A stretch of DNA of 64,000 nucleotides. It comes from Octopus vulgaris (Eukaryota). Numbering within the stretch: position 1 is the first letter of the stretch; each line of letters begins with the position of its first letter. The stretch is from the NCBI GenBank assembly GCA_951406725.2, contig OX597815.1, positions 139,190,001-139,254,000 of the forward strand, written 5' to 3'. Below, piece by piece: positions 13,718-28,290 of this stretch. A model generated the notes under the pieces. The model made no database searches. It was given only the letters and a program-made list of their open reading frames with translations, and was not told where the DNA came from. The position numbers were made by a program, and so were the translations under genes.

Positions 13718-15509
13718 CCTTTTTAATACAGTTATGAGTTGAGATAGCCATGGGTCCTGAGAATGTTGGTACAAAAGGCAGTGCTGAGAGGAAGACAAAG
13801 CTGATTATGATAGAACTGAAGAAGAAAATCATTGATAAACAGAAGAGTGCATGTATTGGACACAGCACGACAATACGACTGAAGCACGTCGACAATCTGC
13901 ACCATCCTGAAGAAAAAGGACGAGATCAACGCCGTTACAACAGCAAAGGATGTCTCCAGGCGCCCTAAGCAATGAACATCTGTCCACGAAAAGATGGAAA
14001 AATTGCTTCTCCTGTGGATCAACATGAAGCTACTCGCATGGGATACGATTATGGAGACCATCATCTGCGAGAAAGCACGAGCACTGTATGGGGATCCCCT
14101 TAGACAGAACCTTTGAACATCGACGGAAGTGACATCAGTAGACGCATTTAAGAGCAGTCGCGGTTGGTTTGATAATTTCAAGAAGTGGACTAGTGTTCAT
14201 AGCGTCGTCAGGTATGGAGAAATAATGAGTTCTGACACGAAGGCAGCTGAAGATTTCGAGCGTGAATTCCGTCAGCTCATCGTAGCGGAGGAGTATATCG
14301 CATAACAGGTATTAAGCTTTGATGAAACTGGTCTTTTTAAAAAATGAAGAACCTACATAACTGCAGAGGAGAAGAAAGTGCCAGGCTACAAGCCTGTGAA
14401 AGATAGATTAACTCTCACCCTTTGTGCCAATGCGAGCGGAGACTTGTAGATTAAGTCACTCCTTGCCTACCATTCCGAAAACTCACGTGCGTTCAAGTCG
14501 CACAAAATCCTGAAGGAAAAGCTGCAGGTCATGTGGAGGACAAGCGTTAAAGCTTGAGTCACCAGGCAATGCTTCTCCGAGTGGATCAGCCTTGTCTTCG
14601 GACCAGCAGTGAAAAAGTATCTTCTGGAGAACAATCTTCCTCTCAATGCCAACCTCATCTCAAGGCCAACCTATACCTCTGCTCACACACCCTCCTAACC
14701 TCGAAGAAGATATCCTGGACAAATTTAAATTTATAAAATTTCTGTACCTTTCACGCAACATCACCCTATCTTGCAGCCCATAGACCAACAGATGATTTCT
14801 AATTTTAAGAAATTGTACACGAAGTCACTGAAAATACAAATCTAACCCTTCGCTAGTTTTAAAAGGAGCACTGAAAACTGTCTAAAAATCATCGATATGG
14901 CATGGCATTGTGGCGGAGAATGCTATCTGTACGTGTGACATAAAGGGAGTGTTGGCAAGATGGTAGAATCTTTCTGAATTTGTAGAAAAATATTATCCTG
15001 AAAAAGTAGCTACAGGTCGTGGTGCTGCTTTATTCAATGACACTGCTCTGGTGCATTTTCGTAACATTTTGAAAGGCAGAAACTTCTCTTGATGTGCTTC
15101 TAATGAAACAACCTGCAAGTGTAAAAAATGAAAAAAGTGTGTCTAAAAAGCCTAAATTAAGCGAAGTGAAAGAGAAAATGCCAGAAATTGTTCCTCCTGA
15201 AGTCTTAATGGAAGACGATGATCCGCCTCCTCCTTGCTCTATCGTCTTCCTCGCGTGCGAATTGTTATATCTTTAAGGTCATTCAGTCAATAAACTCAGT
15301 TTACATATTTCTTATGCATTCTCTTGTCATTTCATTTATCTGCGTTTAAACCCATAAAATATTTTTGGGTGGTGGTGGTGGTGGGGCTGGAACGGATTAA
15401 TTATGTTATTTTAGTCAATTTAACGGGAAAAATTTATTTGTAAAACGTGTAAATCGTAAAACGAGCTCGGTAATGGAACGAATTAAACACGTACTGCGAA
15501 GAATCATTG
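13510..15509 (+). mobile_element. Tigger/pogo DNA transposon, full span but decayed transposase
   Basis: TA-flanked imperfect TIRs (cagtaggacctcgcagtacg ... cgtactgcgaagaatcattg); broken frames MGP...IELKKKII, MEKLLLLWI..IICEKARALY, FKSSRGWFDNFK, FDETGLF, KDRLTLTLCANASGD (TIGD1-like). Confidence 0.9.
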
Positions 15510-17276
15510 TAGTAGGAAAATTTCCTTTGTTCCTTTAAACAGTATACATGAAACCCCATCCTATCTGACACATCAACCTGCCCTCCTGTCGTCATCATTA
15601 CTGTCGTACCTAATAAATTCACGATTCAACACTTCACTAATTCTATAGGGATTTTCCGTTCACTCATGGTACTCCCATAAATATGAATGTACAAATATTG
15701 AATCTAAACACCAACTCCATTAATCTCATTAATCAGGGGCTGTCAAGATCATGGGCATATTTTCTCTTTCCTTGAGGAAATTATAAGGAATTCGTATGAA
15801 TTTATAAATATATGGTAAATGGCAATAGTATCAGTCAAAATATTATGTAACGATAACAGTAAAACCTCGAAAAGCAAAAAAAGTAAAACATAAAAGGTGA
15901 AGCACTGAATGAAAGAAAAAAGTATAAAGGATAAAGTAAAAATATTCGATTGATCATGCATATAACGATGATACCTGAATGTACTGTTTCGCCAAATGTG
16001 ACCCTAAGGATTGTGAATGCGTTTAAATTAAGATATAATTGCATTCGAGTAATTGTGTGAATGTACGTGCATGTGTGGTTGTGTATCCATATGTGTGTAT
16101 ATTTTCGTCCACAAAATCTTGGATGAAGGAGTGGAATATTTACCGATCCTTTGTCCAATGTCATTAGGTGCTTCGACAAAGGGATAAATATATAATTAAA
16201 TAAACTTCTACACATATACTCTGATACAAGCTTGTATAAGCAAGCACACCTACATTCACGTCATTTATTCCCGTTTAAATAACCATGGAAATACATCGTC
16301 TTTCAGAAAAGAAAATTTGCACAGTTCTCTAATTAAATGCACGAAACAAAATTTATTTTTACACAGAACTTCATTGACGTCTGTTATTTTTTGTTATTTA
16401 AAAATAAATTCAATGTGACATAAATTGTACAAAGTTTTACATCAGATTTTATATTTTACTATGATTTGAAACCCTTTAATAAAATATTGTACCTTAGATG
16501 TTTACTTTTCCACTACACTTACAATTTGCAATTAACTTACTTCGCAGCTTTCTTTTTACTTTTTCCATAGCTATTATGTTATAGTTTTGTATTATTTTTT
16601 GTATTACTTTTTATAAGTTGTGGTTATTCTAAATATCCTTTGTGAAAAGATAAAACTGACTTCATCGTTTCAGTTTGGAAAAAAAAATTAAAACAAATAA
16701 AACTACCTTGAATTTTTTTTCTGTGGCTAATTGATGCAAAACTGTATTGAGTGACGTGACTTCTTAATGAGTATAAATAAACGCATGGCAGCTGAAAAAA
16801 TAAATCACAACCAATAAAGATCAAGTTAACTTTCTGCCAGAAAATATTTTCTGTTTGTATTTAACACGAGGGAAATTGCTGGAAAAAACAAAAACTATAT
16901 GTTCTGTCATTAACAGACTTTTGACAGGCATTAATGTGTGTAGTTAAAAACCTTCAAAAGACCGCAGCCGTGGTGTATATATGTGTGTGTGCATGTATGT
17001 ATATGTATTATGTCTATATCTGTATATTTGTACACTAGCATATATATATGTATATATTTGCATATTCACACACACACACATACACACACACGCACACACA
17101 CACACACACAGACACACACACATATATATACATATATATATATTTGTGTATTTCCATATATGTATGGCTCACAATTATCTACTAACAACTGGTCATTAAA
17201 CAGACACACGCGCATCTGTTGCATGTTGTCAAAGCAAAATAGGAATGCGTATACTTTCGTATTTCCTTTGGTGCGT

Positions 17277-17342
<66 letters not shown>

Positions 17343-17951
17343 TTTCAAACATATATACGAGAGATAATTTCAAGCATATATACGTACACATACATACGCA
17401 TTTCACACTAATAGACTAAGATCATAAAATGTTACCTAACTACAAGTTGTACGAATTGTTAAAGGTACCTCTACAATGTTTTCGGCTCTTCATCGAGTTA
17501 TCATTGAATTTATTTACCAAAGAATATACAGAGATTTCTGTAATTTCAGCAAAGTTTTAAAATATTTTACAACTATAATAACAATGCACTTTGATGAATT
17601 TTCTGGCACTAATATAGCTGGATTTAAATCCCACAAGACATTTCGAAAATGAAAACCAAAATTTGGGTGTTGGCATACTTAAGGTAGGGAAAACTAAAAT
17701 AGTTAACTAAAATCATACCCGAAATGGGAAGAAAATAATTTTGCTTAATGATGAATTTTCTCAAAAATCACGGGAGACTATTTCGTTGTGTGTTAATTTA
17801 AAATTATTAAAAACTAATATATTGAAAGTTTGATCGTGACTTTACGGTAATAATAAATCCGAACATGTTTAGTCATATTAAATATCCCCCGTGTAATATG
17901 GCAATAATTGGAGACAAGGATTTCATGCATGCATGCACACACACACACATG

Positions 17952-18005
<54 letters not shown>

Positions 18006-18006
<1 letters not shown>

Positions 18007-18191
18007 GCCATGATAGATCGCTAGCCACTACACACATTTTTTCTCTCTTTGTTTTCTCTGTCCCTTTCTGTAGAAGAGCGTAGGCTCGAAACGTAAAAGA
18101 CTTTTTCTATTCCTGAGCGTTATACTAATACATGTGTTTGTTGTGTACACGACCTGTCTTCGTCTTTGTTGTCTTTTTCGTAAACTCCCCC
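18006..18191 (+). mobile_element. Short (TA)n-flanked element family A with hammerhead-like motif (18064-18099)
   Basis: cttt-CTGTAGAA-GAGC.gtag.GCTC-GAA-ACGT-A-aaag; (TA)n on both sides; homologues at 4688-4864 and 46459-46525. Confidence 0.7.
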
Positions 18192-18323
18192 TATATATAT
18201 ATATATATATATAAGGGGAGTTTACGAAAAAACAACAAAGACGAAGACAGGTCGTGTACACAACAAACACATGTATTAGTATAACGCTCAGGAATAGAAA
18301 AAGTCTTTTACGTTTCGAGCCTA
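18080..18323. repeat. Near-perfect palindrome (~110-bp arms) centred on (TA)n
   Basis: 18081-18190 is the reverse complement of 18215-18323. Confidence 0.95.
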
Positions 18324-20400
18324 TATATATATATACATATACATATATATACATATATACATATATATACATATGTACATACATATTCACATACATATTA
18401 AATTGATGCACACATACGTACTAACATGCAAATATATAGACATAAATAAATACAGATGCATTTTGGGGGAGTTGAGACAGATTGTCTCCTTCCTAGAATA
18501 TGATCATTGATGACTCTATTGGTCATGCTACATATTTAATTGAATTTAACTATTTAAATTTTTCTGACTCCTGTCTATGAGTTTGTGAGCAATAAAGTTA
18601 CTATTTAGTTTCTTTTATAGCTCTGAATTCATCTACGCTTGGCAGCAATGGCAGACTATGCCCGTCTGTTGAAGTCTAATAATATTAATACATGTCCAGA
18701 ATTTTGGTCTTAAGGCCTAAATGAAACTTAGTCCGCACCGTAGTATCCAAACCCTACTATCACTGACCTGTAAACAAGATTGCCATTTGTAGAATCATCA
18801 TATTTCGCAAGATTGATCTAATTTCTGTTGGTAACAAAAAGGTTGTTTACAAAGTACTTAGAGATGGAATGAGGCAAAAGAGTGTTTGAACATGTAAGTG
18901 TTATATTTATTGCGAAAAATAAAATTATGTTACAGCATCTATCCCAGGTCTGATTATTAGAAAATTATATGAATTAGGAAAAGTTCTGTTCTGAAAATAT
19001 ATTTGTCTGTTGTGGCTGATGAGTTTAAAATTTACATATACTTTGTTTAGTCAGTGGTTACTAAAATCAATGTCTAGCTAAAAGATTGCCGCTTGCCATG
19101 CTTGTGTTTGTATGTTCTTTTGTTGTTGTTGTTGTTAATTAATTTATTGATAACGTTTAAAAGAAATATTTTATAATATCACATCAACGTGTTATCAGTG
19201 TGTTATCTGTGTGTGAAAAGATATAATATTCATCAGAGTGGATGTGAATGGTGTTTATCGATATTATAATTAGTGGAAGTTTTCACAGAGTACATAAACT
19301 TGTCTGTAAGTTTAAAGTGTTGAATTATACAAGAATAATGAATGATTTTCCCGTATTACAAAGAACTCATCAAACATTCGAAATTATAGCCAAGTTCAAT
19401 CGTACAATGTAATTATCTTTCTATGTGTCTGTATAGAATTGATGAAGCAGTTCGTTAGACAAATGTTTACAACTATCATTAGTTCACATACCTGCCAATC
19501 ACTGACCTAACTGAAGACACCATCAAATCAGTTTACTGCTGTTTTTTTTGTTTGTTTGTTTAACTCAATAGATCAATCGGGGAAAAACATTAAACGTCAG
19601 TTTCCTTTTTTTCAAATTGATTAGTTTCGGGATTGGGGAAGTATTGCCTATAATTATCTATAAAATTATATTTTCATAATAACATCATTTAAGATACTAT
19701 TGTATATCAAAAAGGGGTCTTGGAGCATTGAAAAAATTCAAATGATGAAGAAATCTTTCAAATGGTAATAAGATATTTCTTGATACTAAAGGAAGGTTGG
19801 TGACGTAAGATAACTAATGGAAAATAGAGCCGTTAACTTCTTTTGATGTTCTATACTAATAGAGGGTAGCCACCAGCATATGTTAGAAGATGTATTATCA
19901 CTAGAAATTGAAACACTTTTTATGAATAATAAAACTTTGACTTAAAAGGATTACAAAATTAACCAAACACTAATCTCAGGTGAGATCCCTAGCGGAATAT
20001 TACTCTTATATCTGGGACAGTGTTGTTCATGATGCCCATACAAACATCATAGGCCAACAGGGACTACACGACTGATTGACATAAAGTCACCCACAGGAAC
20101 CCTCCGGTCTATGGCCCACTGATGCACTATCTCCAGTCGCTGGTTTTCTACACTACTATAAAGGAGACGACTTGGTCTATGTCACCTCTCTCCAGGCTTT
20201 GCCGATCTACTTCACCCTTCTTTCATCGCCCTTGACCTATCCAAAACACCATCCAACCGCACAAAGTACTGCACTCTGTCCTTCCCGTCCATTGAGAGTC
20301 AATTTTCTAGTAATTCCTCCTTGGTCATGTTTTTCCTGTGAGTAGTAACTTGCAATGGTTCAAAAGGAATATTAGTGACATCAATTTCACCAAACCCATC

Positions 20401-20444
<44 letters not shown>

Positions 20445-20448
<4 letters not shown>

Positions 20449-21530
20449 AAAAGGTTTAAGAATTTAAACGATGTTTATTTATTAGTGTAAGATTCAAAGT
20501 GTGTGTTTTTACATAATTGTCACATTGAATATTATGATTCAAAAGTTTTACAATATACATTGGAATTTAAAATACATATGCATATATTATGAATTCAAAA
20601 TGTTTTACATAATAATTGATATTATGAATTCAAAATGTTTTATATTCATATTTGAAAATTTGCAGAAAAGGATAAACAAATTTATAATTGTTGTTATATC
20701 AATGTCACATTACTGTATATATAAATCTTGGTATATATATAACTTTGACAGCTTAAAATGGCTTTTACATCTCAGAATATTTTAAGTATTTTTATGACTT
20801 CAGAGAGAGAACGAGTCAATGGTGTAACTTGATGAATGATTTTGGTTATCAGAGGTTAGTATGTAAGTGTGTCAGTGTGTGTGTGTGTGTGTGTTGTGTG
20901 TGTGTGTGTTTGTGTGTATATATATGTGTGTACAAACAGACGCTGTCGACCAGCAAGCACGGACACATCTATTCACACCGCATACTAACCTCCTGATAAA
21001 AATCATTCATGCATAAAGGAGATACACCACATTGGCTACTTTTCTGTTCTCTCAGTTCGCTTTTCTAATACTGACAGGTCAGTAAAACATACTTAAAATA
21101 TTCTGAGATGTACAAAAGCCATTTTAATTTTTGCTGTCAAAACGCTGTGTTGTATATATATACATGTAATGTGACAATTTGACAAAATAATTAACCAACA
21201 ATTCCAATAATATATTTGTTTTATCCTTTCTGCCAAATTTTCCAAATAATGTGACAATTATGTATAAAAACATTTTGAATTCATAATATCCAATGACAAT
21301 TAAAAAAATTTTGAATATAATATCCATGTGATTATGTAAAAACTTTTTTAACCCATAATATCAATGTACAATTATGAAAACTTTGAATGCATAATATTCA
21401 ATGTGACAATTATGTAAAACTTACCATAATAATGTTTCCTTAAATGTAACTTTGACAATCTTTACCAAAGAGTGAAACCGGTTAAGTAAAAACATCGTTT
21501 AAATTGCATTTTCAAACCTTTTTCTATATA
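20445..21530. repeat. Indel-rich inverted repeat (~500-bp arms) containing a ~35-40-bp AT-rich minisatellite
   Basis: For example aaaatggcttttacatctcagaatattt vs aaaatattctgagatgtacaaaagccatttt; repeated attatgaattcaaaatgttttacataattg. Confidence 0.8.
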
Positions 21531-21562
21531 ATCCCACTCGTGCGATACCCCACAACTCAACT

Positions 21563-21661
<99 letters not shown>

Positions 21662-21728
21662 TTATATATATACATATATAAGTATGAATGTATATATATG
21701 TATATCTATCTATCTATCTATCTATCTA

Positions 21729-21778
<50 letters not shown>

Positions 21779-21781
<3 letters not shown>

Positions 21782-22317
21782 TGGCTGCCCCCTCGTTATC
21801 GAGTATGGCCATTGCACGAAGCTTAATCAATGTTGTTATCGTGCAATGTCAGTGCAAGAAGATTGTTTTAAAGTGAGGAAAGGCTGTGCACTGAGTCAAT
21901 CCCACTCACTAAGCAACACCAGCCATAATCCGAAAAGAAGAACAAGTCAACATCATCGGTAACCACTGAGCAGCAGGGTTTATGTCGGTGTTATCCCAGT
22001 TACCTGAGTTACCTTCTCCTAGAAGGAAGCTCTAACAAAGGCTAGGAGTCCTTCACTCACAATGGTTTAACCGCGCGATCGGGTATTCCGTCCGATTATT
22101 TCTATATCCCCGCTCATGATACAACCTTAAGACATTTATTGGATGGCCGTTCCTCCGTCCTTTGACGGGTTTTGTTTTTCATCCTGCAGGGCGTCCAATA
22201 AGCACCTTCCTCACCAAGCAAGCTTGGTGGGGTTGTCGGTGTAGTCGCTGACGACCCGATCATGCAACAGGATGTACTGTATTACATGTTACCAGTAGCA
22301 CTCGAAAGTAACCTGAC
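21779..22317 (-). mobile_element. Probable RTE-derived non-autonomous retroposon inserted in (TA)n
   Basis: 540-bp GC-richer block exactly bounded by (TA)n; minus strand has CTAGGAGAAGGTAACTC (resembles RTE 5'UTR motif) and ends CTCGATAACGAGGGGGCAGCCACC (resembles RTE 3' ends); recalled similarity only. Confidence 0.45.
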
Positions 22318-25300
22318 ATATATATATATACATACATACAAACATACTAGTTACTTTTTATTGCAATGTCATTAAGATCGTTGTTTGTTTTTTCTATATA
22401 TTGCGGGCTAGAACGTTTTCCCGCTATCTCTAGCGGTCGGGTGTTCAGCATTGACGCTAGGCACAAATAACCCGAAGCCGTTCGGTTAGGTGATCCCTTC
22501 GTCTGCTAGAAGACGGTAAGGTTTTGCTCACCTGCTTGCATTATGTACTGGGTGCAGATTGCATCGATTACCTGCTTGTGGAGGCTCTTCTTGGGAATAA
22601 AAAACTGTCGTAACATCGAACGGCCATATAATGATTTGGCGATAAACATTATGTAGTTTGTGATGACTAAATACAGAGCCCATTTGAATATACAACTGCG
22701 ATGGAATACCATACTTAGCAACACGTCTTGTATGGGAGGAAAGGTGAAAAGGCTACTAATTGGTCACAGAATTGCTTCTCTATAATGAAAAGTTTACAAG
22801 TTTATATTTATGCGATCGTTACCCTGTTTTACTATTATGAATTTTGTTACGCTCAAGTTTTTCTGTAAATACGTTTTCGAAATTTCCCATACTATAGTAT
22901 CACTAACGTTTCCTCAAACAGCGTAGACCTATGGAAGCTGAAATTTGAAGATAAGTTATGCCAGCCTGATGAAACCTACCAAAACAATGGGTGCTACAAT
23001 TCTTCTGCTAATATATAATACTAGGTATCAAACTTTCAGTGCTATTCTTTTGTTAATCCTCCATCGAGATGGTCTCGATCTTCTTATATATTATGCTGAT
23101 AAATATGATATTTAGTTCCTTCCTCAATGAATAGTGTATGTAATGACAGTATTCAAACTTTTGTCGACTGTCCAGTTGAGATGCTGAGAAATCTCCTCAG
23201 GTCATTGTGACTCATTGTAAGGTCCATAAATTAAGCGTAATTGTACGTTGTCTACCCATGCAATATACATGATAAATTCTAAAGAACTTATTTAGATTAA
23301 TCAATCAATGTATAATGGCTTTAGGTTTCTCCTCTTATCTATTTGAAAACTTGCAGAATAGTAGCAGATTTGTTGCACATATTACAGAATTTTACATACA
23401 TTTCTGCGGCTTTAGAAACTCGCATAGATTTTCATTTTATATCTGTGTGTAATCAGGTGTATGATTGTGATACTATGTGTGTCCTTCTATGTGCATTTCA
23501 ACATTCAATATCTTAATTTGAAGTGTTGATACTTCAGAAAGGAATTGATATGTTCCTATAACTGATCTCTTGCAAGATAAAAGAATTTTGAAAGATATAT
23601 TTATATATTGATATAATCCTGATAAATATTTATAAACCTTCTCTTTGAGAACATATCATGAATTCTCTATCTCAGTTATCAAACTAACCTTTCAGAACCT
23701 TCTTGAACTTATAATTCAGAAAGTGCTTTGTGATTGATTATAGAAATATGCTCTTGAGGGATCTAAAGGGGCTTTTATGTAACTTGATAGATAGCCAAAG
23801 TATACAGTTCTCGATATAATATTCCTCTGAAAGTATCTCTTTGAAGTACTCTATATTGATATTAAATGACAAAACAAAGAGGAGCTTTACTGAAATCAAT
23901 TCTTAACAATAATCTCTGAGATGTCAGTGATATGTATTAGCATTTAGAGGTTTTCAACTTTGTACGATAAATCTCAGTAATTTACTTAATTCTTTAAAAT
24001 TGTAATTATCTCAACACAAAACTTCAATTATAGAAATAATAGTTTCATTATTTTTAGCAAAGTTTTGGTAGGAAAGAAGTTTTAACACAAAGTTATAAGG
24101 GGGGAAAAACAGTAAATGATTAAAATCTACCTTAGTATATAACAGGTATTTAAGTTATACGCAAAGGTTTGAGAAAAATTTTAACTTTATAACATTTTAA
24201 ATCGGCAGCAGGAGAAGGGTAAAACTGAATAGAGGATGATACTTAATCGGCACTTTACAGTCTCTGCCACTCATGTACGTTCATAATAATTATAATAATT
24301 GAAAGGAAAAACCCTGTAACAACAACTCAATAATACTTGTCAACGATACGTGTTTTCGTCAATGGTTTGCACTAACCAATCTTTTACTATACTCCTTTAT
24401 TAGAACCTCGACCCTTTGGTATTTTCTCTGTACCATGTTCTCTTTGTCTTTCTCTCTTTCTCTCTCATACTCTGACCATCTGTCTGTCTATCTCTGTCTG
24501 TCTGTCTATCTCTGTCTGTCTGTCTGTCTGTCTGTCTCTGTCTCTGTCTCTCTCTCTCTTCCGTAAAATTTCAGGTCTTCAAAAACATCAACTTCACTGA
24601 TCTCATCGGCCTTGGAGATCATGGAGTCATTGACACTGTCCCTTCCTCAAAACCCAAAAAGAAACAAAAAGAAAGAAAAATATATTTAACACATTCCATA
24701 ACACATTCTACAACAGTATTAATAAATCAATGATAAATGTAATTGACCATAATGAGATGAGCATTCCCGTTCCAGAGGGTTCATCTTCCCCAGCCCCTGT
24801 AAAAAAAAATAACACCGCCAATTGACACGGTAGAGAGAAAAATGAAGCAGTAGAGAGAAAAATGCAACAGTAGCGTCATCAGCAGCTCACATATTTGTAG
24901 AGTAAGGGTACAATCAATTATATCGATCCCGGAACAACAATAACAACAAGATATCAAACTCCGACATATTTCTAAAAACTAGTGGAGTGTATTGTTTACT
25001 AAATATTTTACATTATAATCTATGAGCATGTTGTAATCGGCTTACATAGTATTCGATTATCAGAAACCACACAGAATTTGAAGATCAATTTAATGTCTTT
25101 AAAATAGAAGTAAATTGATTAATTCTGCTTTCATGTTTATACGAGATAAAATACTGCATTCATTGTTTTAATCAATTATAATGTGCATGAATAATATTGT
25201 TAGGGAAAATGAGATTAGATAAGAATCGACCCAGATATTATAAAGAATTTTTTTATTTCGTGTTTTTAAATGTGTAGCCTTATACTTTTTTGTAACGTGT

Positions 25301-26123
25301 ATGCTGTTTAAATAACCAACGTTGAATATTGCCTCCAGCTTAGCAAGAAATCTGAATATTAAGTGAATGGTATAAAAAACATGTTTTGTTTTTCTCAAGA
25401 TATGTATATACTGGTTTTATAACTTAATCGCAAAGCTAATACCAACGTCCTTGAACTTTGTGCAGCTTCCGGGAAAAATCAAATGTTTACTGGTTACGGT
25501 GGTAGATATCAAGTTAACCGATATGGGATACTCGTTCAGAATTCTTGCAGACGTGTGAACCACACTTCTGGCATAAAAGAACCTGATGGTGATGTTAAAC
25601 TTGGGAACGGATTAGGTCAACCACACAAATTAGAATCGAAATAGAATCGATCCTACTGCTTGGCAAAAACTTATCTTCTCGCCCTAAAATGTGCATTGCT
25701 CCACTATATGTTTTAACTTAGCTCACGCAGTAATATTAGATTGCCTAAACTCCTCAAGCACTCGCTGGAACCGATATATAGAAGTTAGATAAGGCTAATA
25801 AATCAACTGTTTAATTCACATGTTTTACGGGTCTGATCTGTTGGAGAAGAGGATTGATCTAGCGAGCTAAAGTTCTAAAAGACAATGGTAGGTAGAAAAG
25901 GTAAATTTCTGTGCCTATACACATACACATACATTCACACCCGCACATATAATATATAATTTATTTATAACCCTGGAGCTGCATAAGTGACGAAAAATCA
26001 TAGTTTCGTGTTAAGCTGATTATGAAGCTTTTATATCAAAATAATGTAATAATATATATAATGATGATGATGATAATCATCATCATCATCATCATCATTA
26101 TCATCATCATCTTCAACATCATC

Positions 26124-28290
26124 AAGATGTCAAGAAAAAGAAACATAATGGGAGTGAAAAAAGAAAAGACCCATGGCGGAAAAGAAGATCCAGGCAGGGT
26201 TAGACAAGACCTTGAAGGAAATCTCTGTGTTAGACTGAAAAGATAAAGGGGAGCTTAAAAGCGAACAAAAATACAGGGCGCTGAAAACTATGCATAATAT
26301 TCAAAGAAAGGGCCTGAAGGTAGTAGTAGTAGAGGAACTGGAACGGCGCCTCGTTGCAAAGAAAGCAAAGATGGTATGACACGACCAGAGAATGAAGGTA
26401 TAGGTTATTCAGAGTAGATCAGAAGAGATTCTGTAAAGAAATGAATGGAGAGTGTACTGACGGAAAGTTGATACCAGATAACATTGAAAGTCAAAGGTTT
26501 GGGAGTGACATCTGGTGCAAAGACAAGGATCACAAGAAGGATCCTGAATGGTTGCAAGAACTGAAACAAGCAGTAATCTGTCCAAAACAGGCAGAACTAG
26601 TTATTTCAGTTGGGGAAGTGAAGGAAATCAGCAATAAAATGAGCTGCTGGAAAGCCCCGAGAACAGATGGAGTTCAAGGCTACTGGATCAAAAGATCTGG
26701 TGGATGTGATGCACGAATGGCTGCGCAACTCAACACCTTGTTCAATGCCGATCATGTAACCCCAGAGTGGTTGACAATAGGTAGGACAGTGCTGTGCTTG
26801 AAAATCATCGAAAAAGGCAATACGGTAGATAATTACAGACCAATATCCTGTTTACCAATTATGTGGAAATTATTGACTGGAATACTCGCGGAGTCAATGT
26901 ACGAACATCTGGAAAAAATGGAGTCCTGCCACATGAGTAGAATGGTTGCAAGCGTAAGTGTAGAGGTACAAAGGATCAACTCCTGATAGACAAAACTGCA
27001 CTTACAGACAGCAAGAGGAGGAAAAGTAACTTAGCCATGTCATGGATCGACTATCGTAAGGCGTACGATATAATCCCATACTCTTGGATAATGGAGTGGG
27101 TAACCTATTTGGTATTGCATCGAAAGTTGAGAGATAGCTTGGGAAAAGTATAGCGAATTGGAGGAAGGACCTGTCAGCATACGGAAGACGTTTAGGGACA
27201 GTAGAAATCAGGAGGGGCATCTTCCAAGGGGACTGCCTGTCCCTCTGATCTTTGTACTATGCTTGATACCACTGACACTGATTCTGAGGGAAGCAAAAGC
27301 TGGGTATGTATTCAAAAGCCGCCAACAAAAAGTTAACCATTTGTTACTTATGGATGACCTCAAACTTTAAGGTAAAGATGAAGCCCAAGTCAGTTTCCTC
27401 GTTCATACTGTGTATACTTTCAAAACGAAAAAAATGGATTTCGGACTGAGAAAGTGTGGTGTGTTAGTCTTAAAGAGAGGCAAAATCAGATGTATGAACT
27501 GGCTAACGATACCATCGGGGAAGGTTATGGAGCAGATAGTAGAGACGGGTTATAAGTACTTGGGGATTTGGGAAATGGATAAATTGATGGAGAAAGAAAT
27601 GACAGAAAAATTGAGGTGGAGTACTTGCGCAGACTGAGACTGACATTTAAGTCGAAATTAAACGGACGGAATAAGATAGAAGCTATCAACACGTGGGCTG
27701 TTTCACTCCTTTTATATGGAGCAGGACTAATCGCAAGGACTGTAGACGAACTAAACAGCTTAGAGAGAACGGCAAGGAGGTTACTAACTAGATATGGGTC
27801 ACTCCAACCAAAACGTGACACAGACAGACTCTATGTACAAAGAAAAGGATGGGAAAGAGGAGCTATTGCATGCGAACACAGTATTAGAGCAGAAGAAAAC
27901 AACATAGCATGGTAGGTAAAAAAAAAAGGCACACAACTGCTATAACTTGAAGAAGATCAGCCTTGTGTAGATGAAAGATTGCAAAGATGAAGCACTATAG
28001 AAGAAGTTGAAAACGAATGAAACAGAAAATAGGTGGGTAAAGAAAAGAACGCATGGTCAATTTCATAGGGATGTTGAAGACAAGACATACAGAGAAAAAA
28101 AGATGGCTGCGGATGACTGAAAGTGATTTAAAACTGGAAACGGAGGCTCTAATCTGTACTGCCCAAGAGGAAGCGCTAAGAATAAACTACATAAGATACA
28201 GAATAGACAACACAGCAGAAAGTGATTAGTGCAGAATCTGTGGACAAAACGGCGAAACCGTATGGCATATTACAAGCCAATGTACGCCAA
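26124..28290 (+). mobile_element. R4/Dong-clade non-LTR retrotransposon, decayed (RT to CCHC finger)
   Basis: [106 protein letters not shown]; many stops and frameshifts. Confidence 0.9.

Noticed and set aside
16760-16820. TGACGTGA, TATAAATA and CCAAT cluster as a promoter
   Set aside because: Short motifs expected by chance in AT-rich DNA; no supported downstream exon
22962-22997. CTGATGA motif as another hammerhead
   Set aside because: No GAAA, no stem II pairing and no UH triplet; isolated motifs near 39628, 40110 and 49691 also lack supporting stems
24574-24732. Possible exon VFKNINFTDLIGLGDHGVIDTVPSSKPKKK after tttcag
   Set aside because: The pyrimidine tract is a microsatellite, no partner exon was found, and it may be LINE debris
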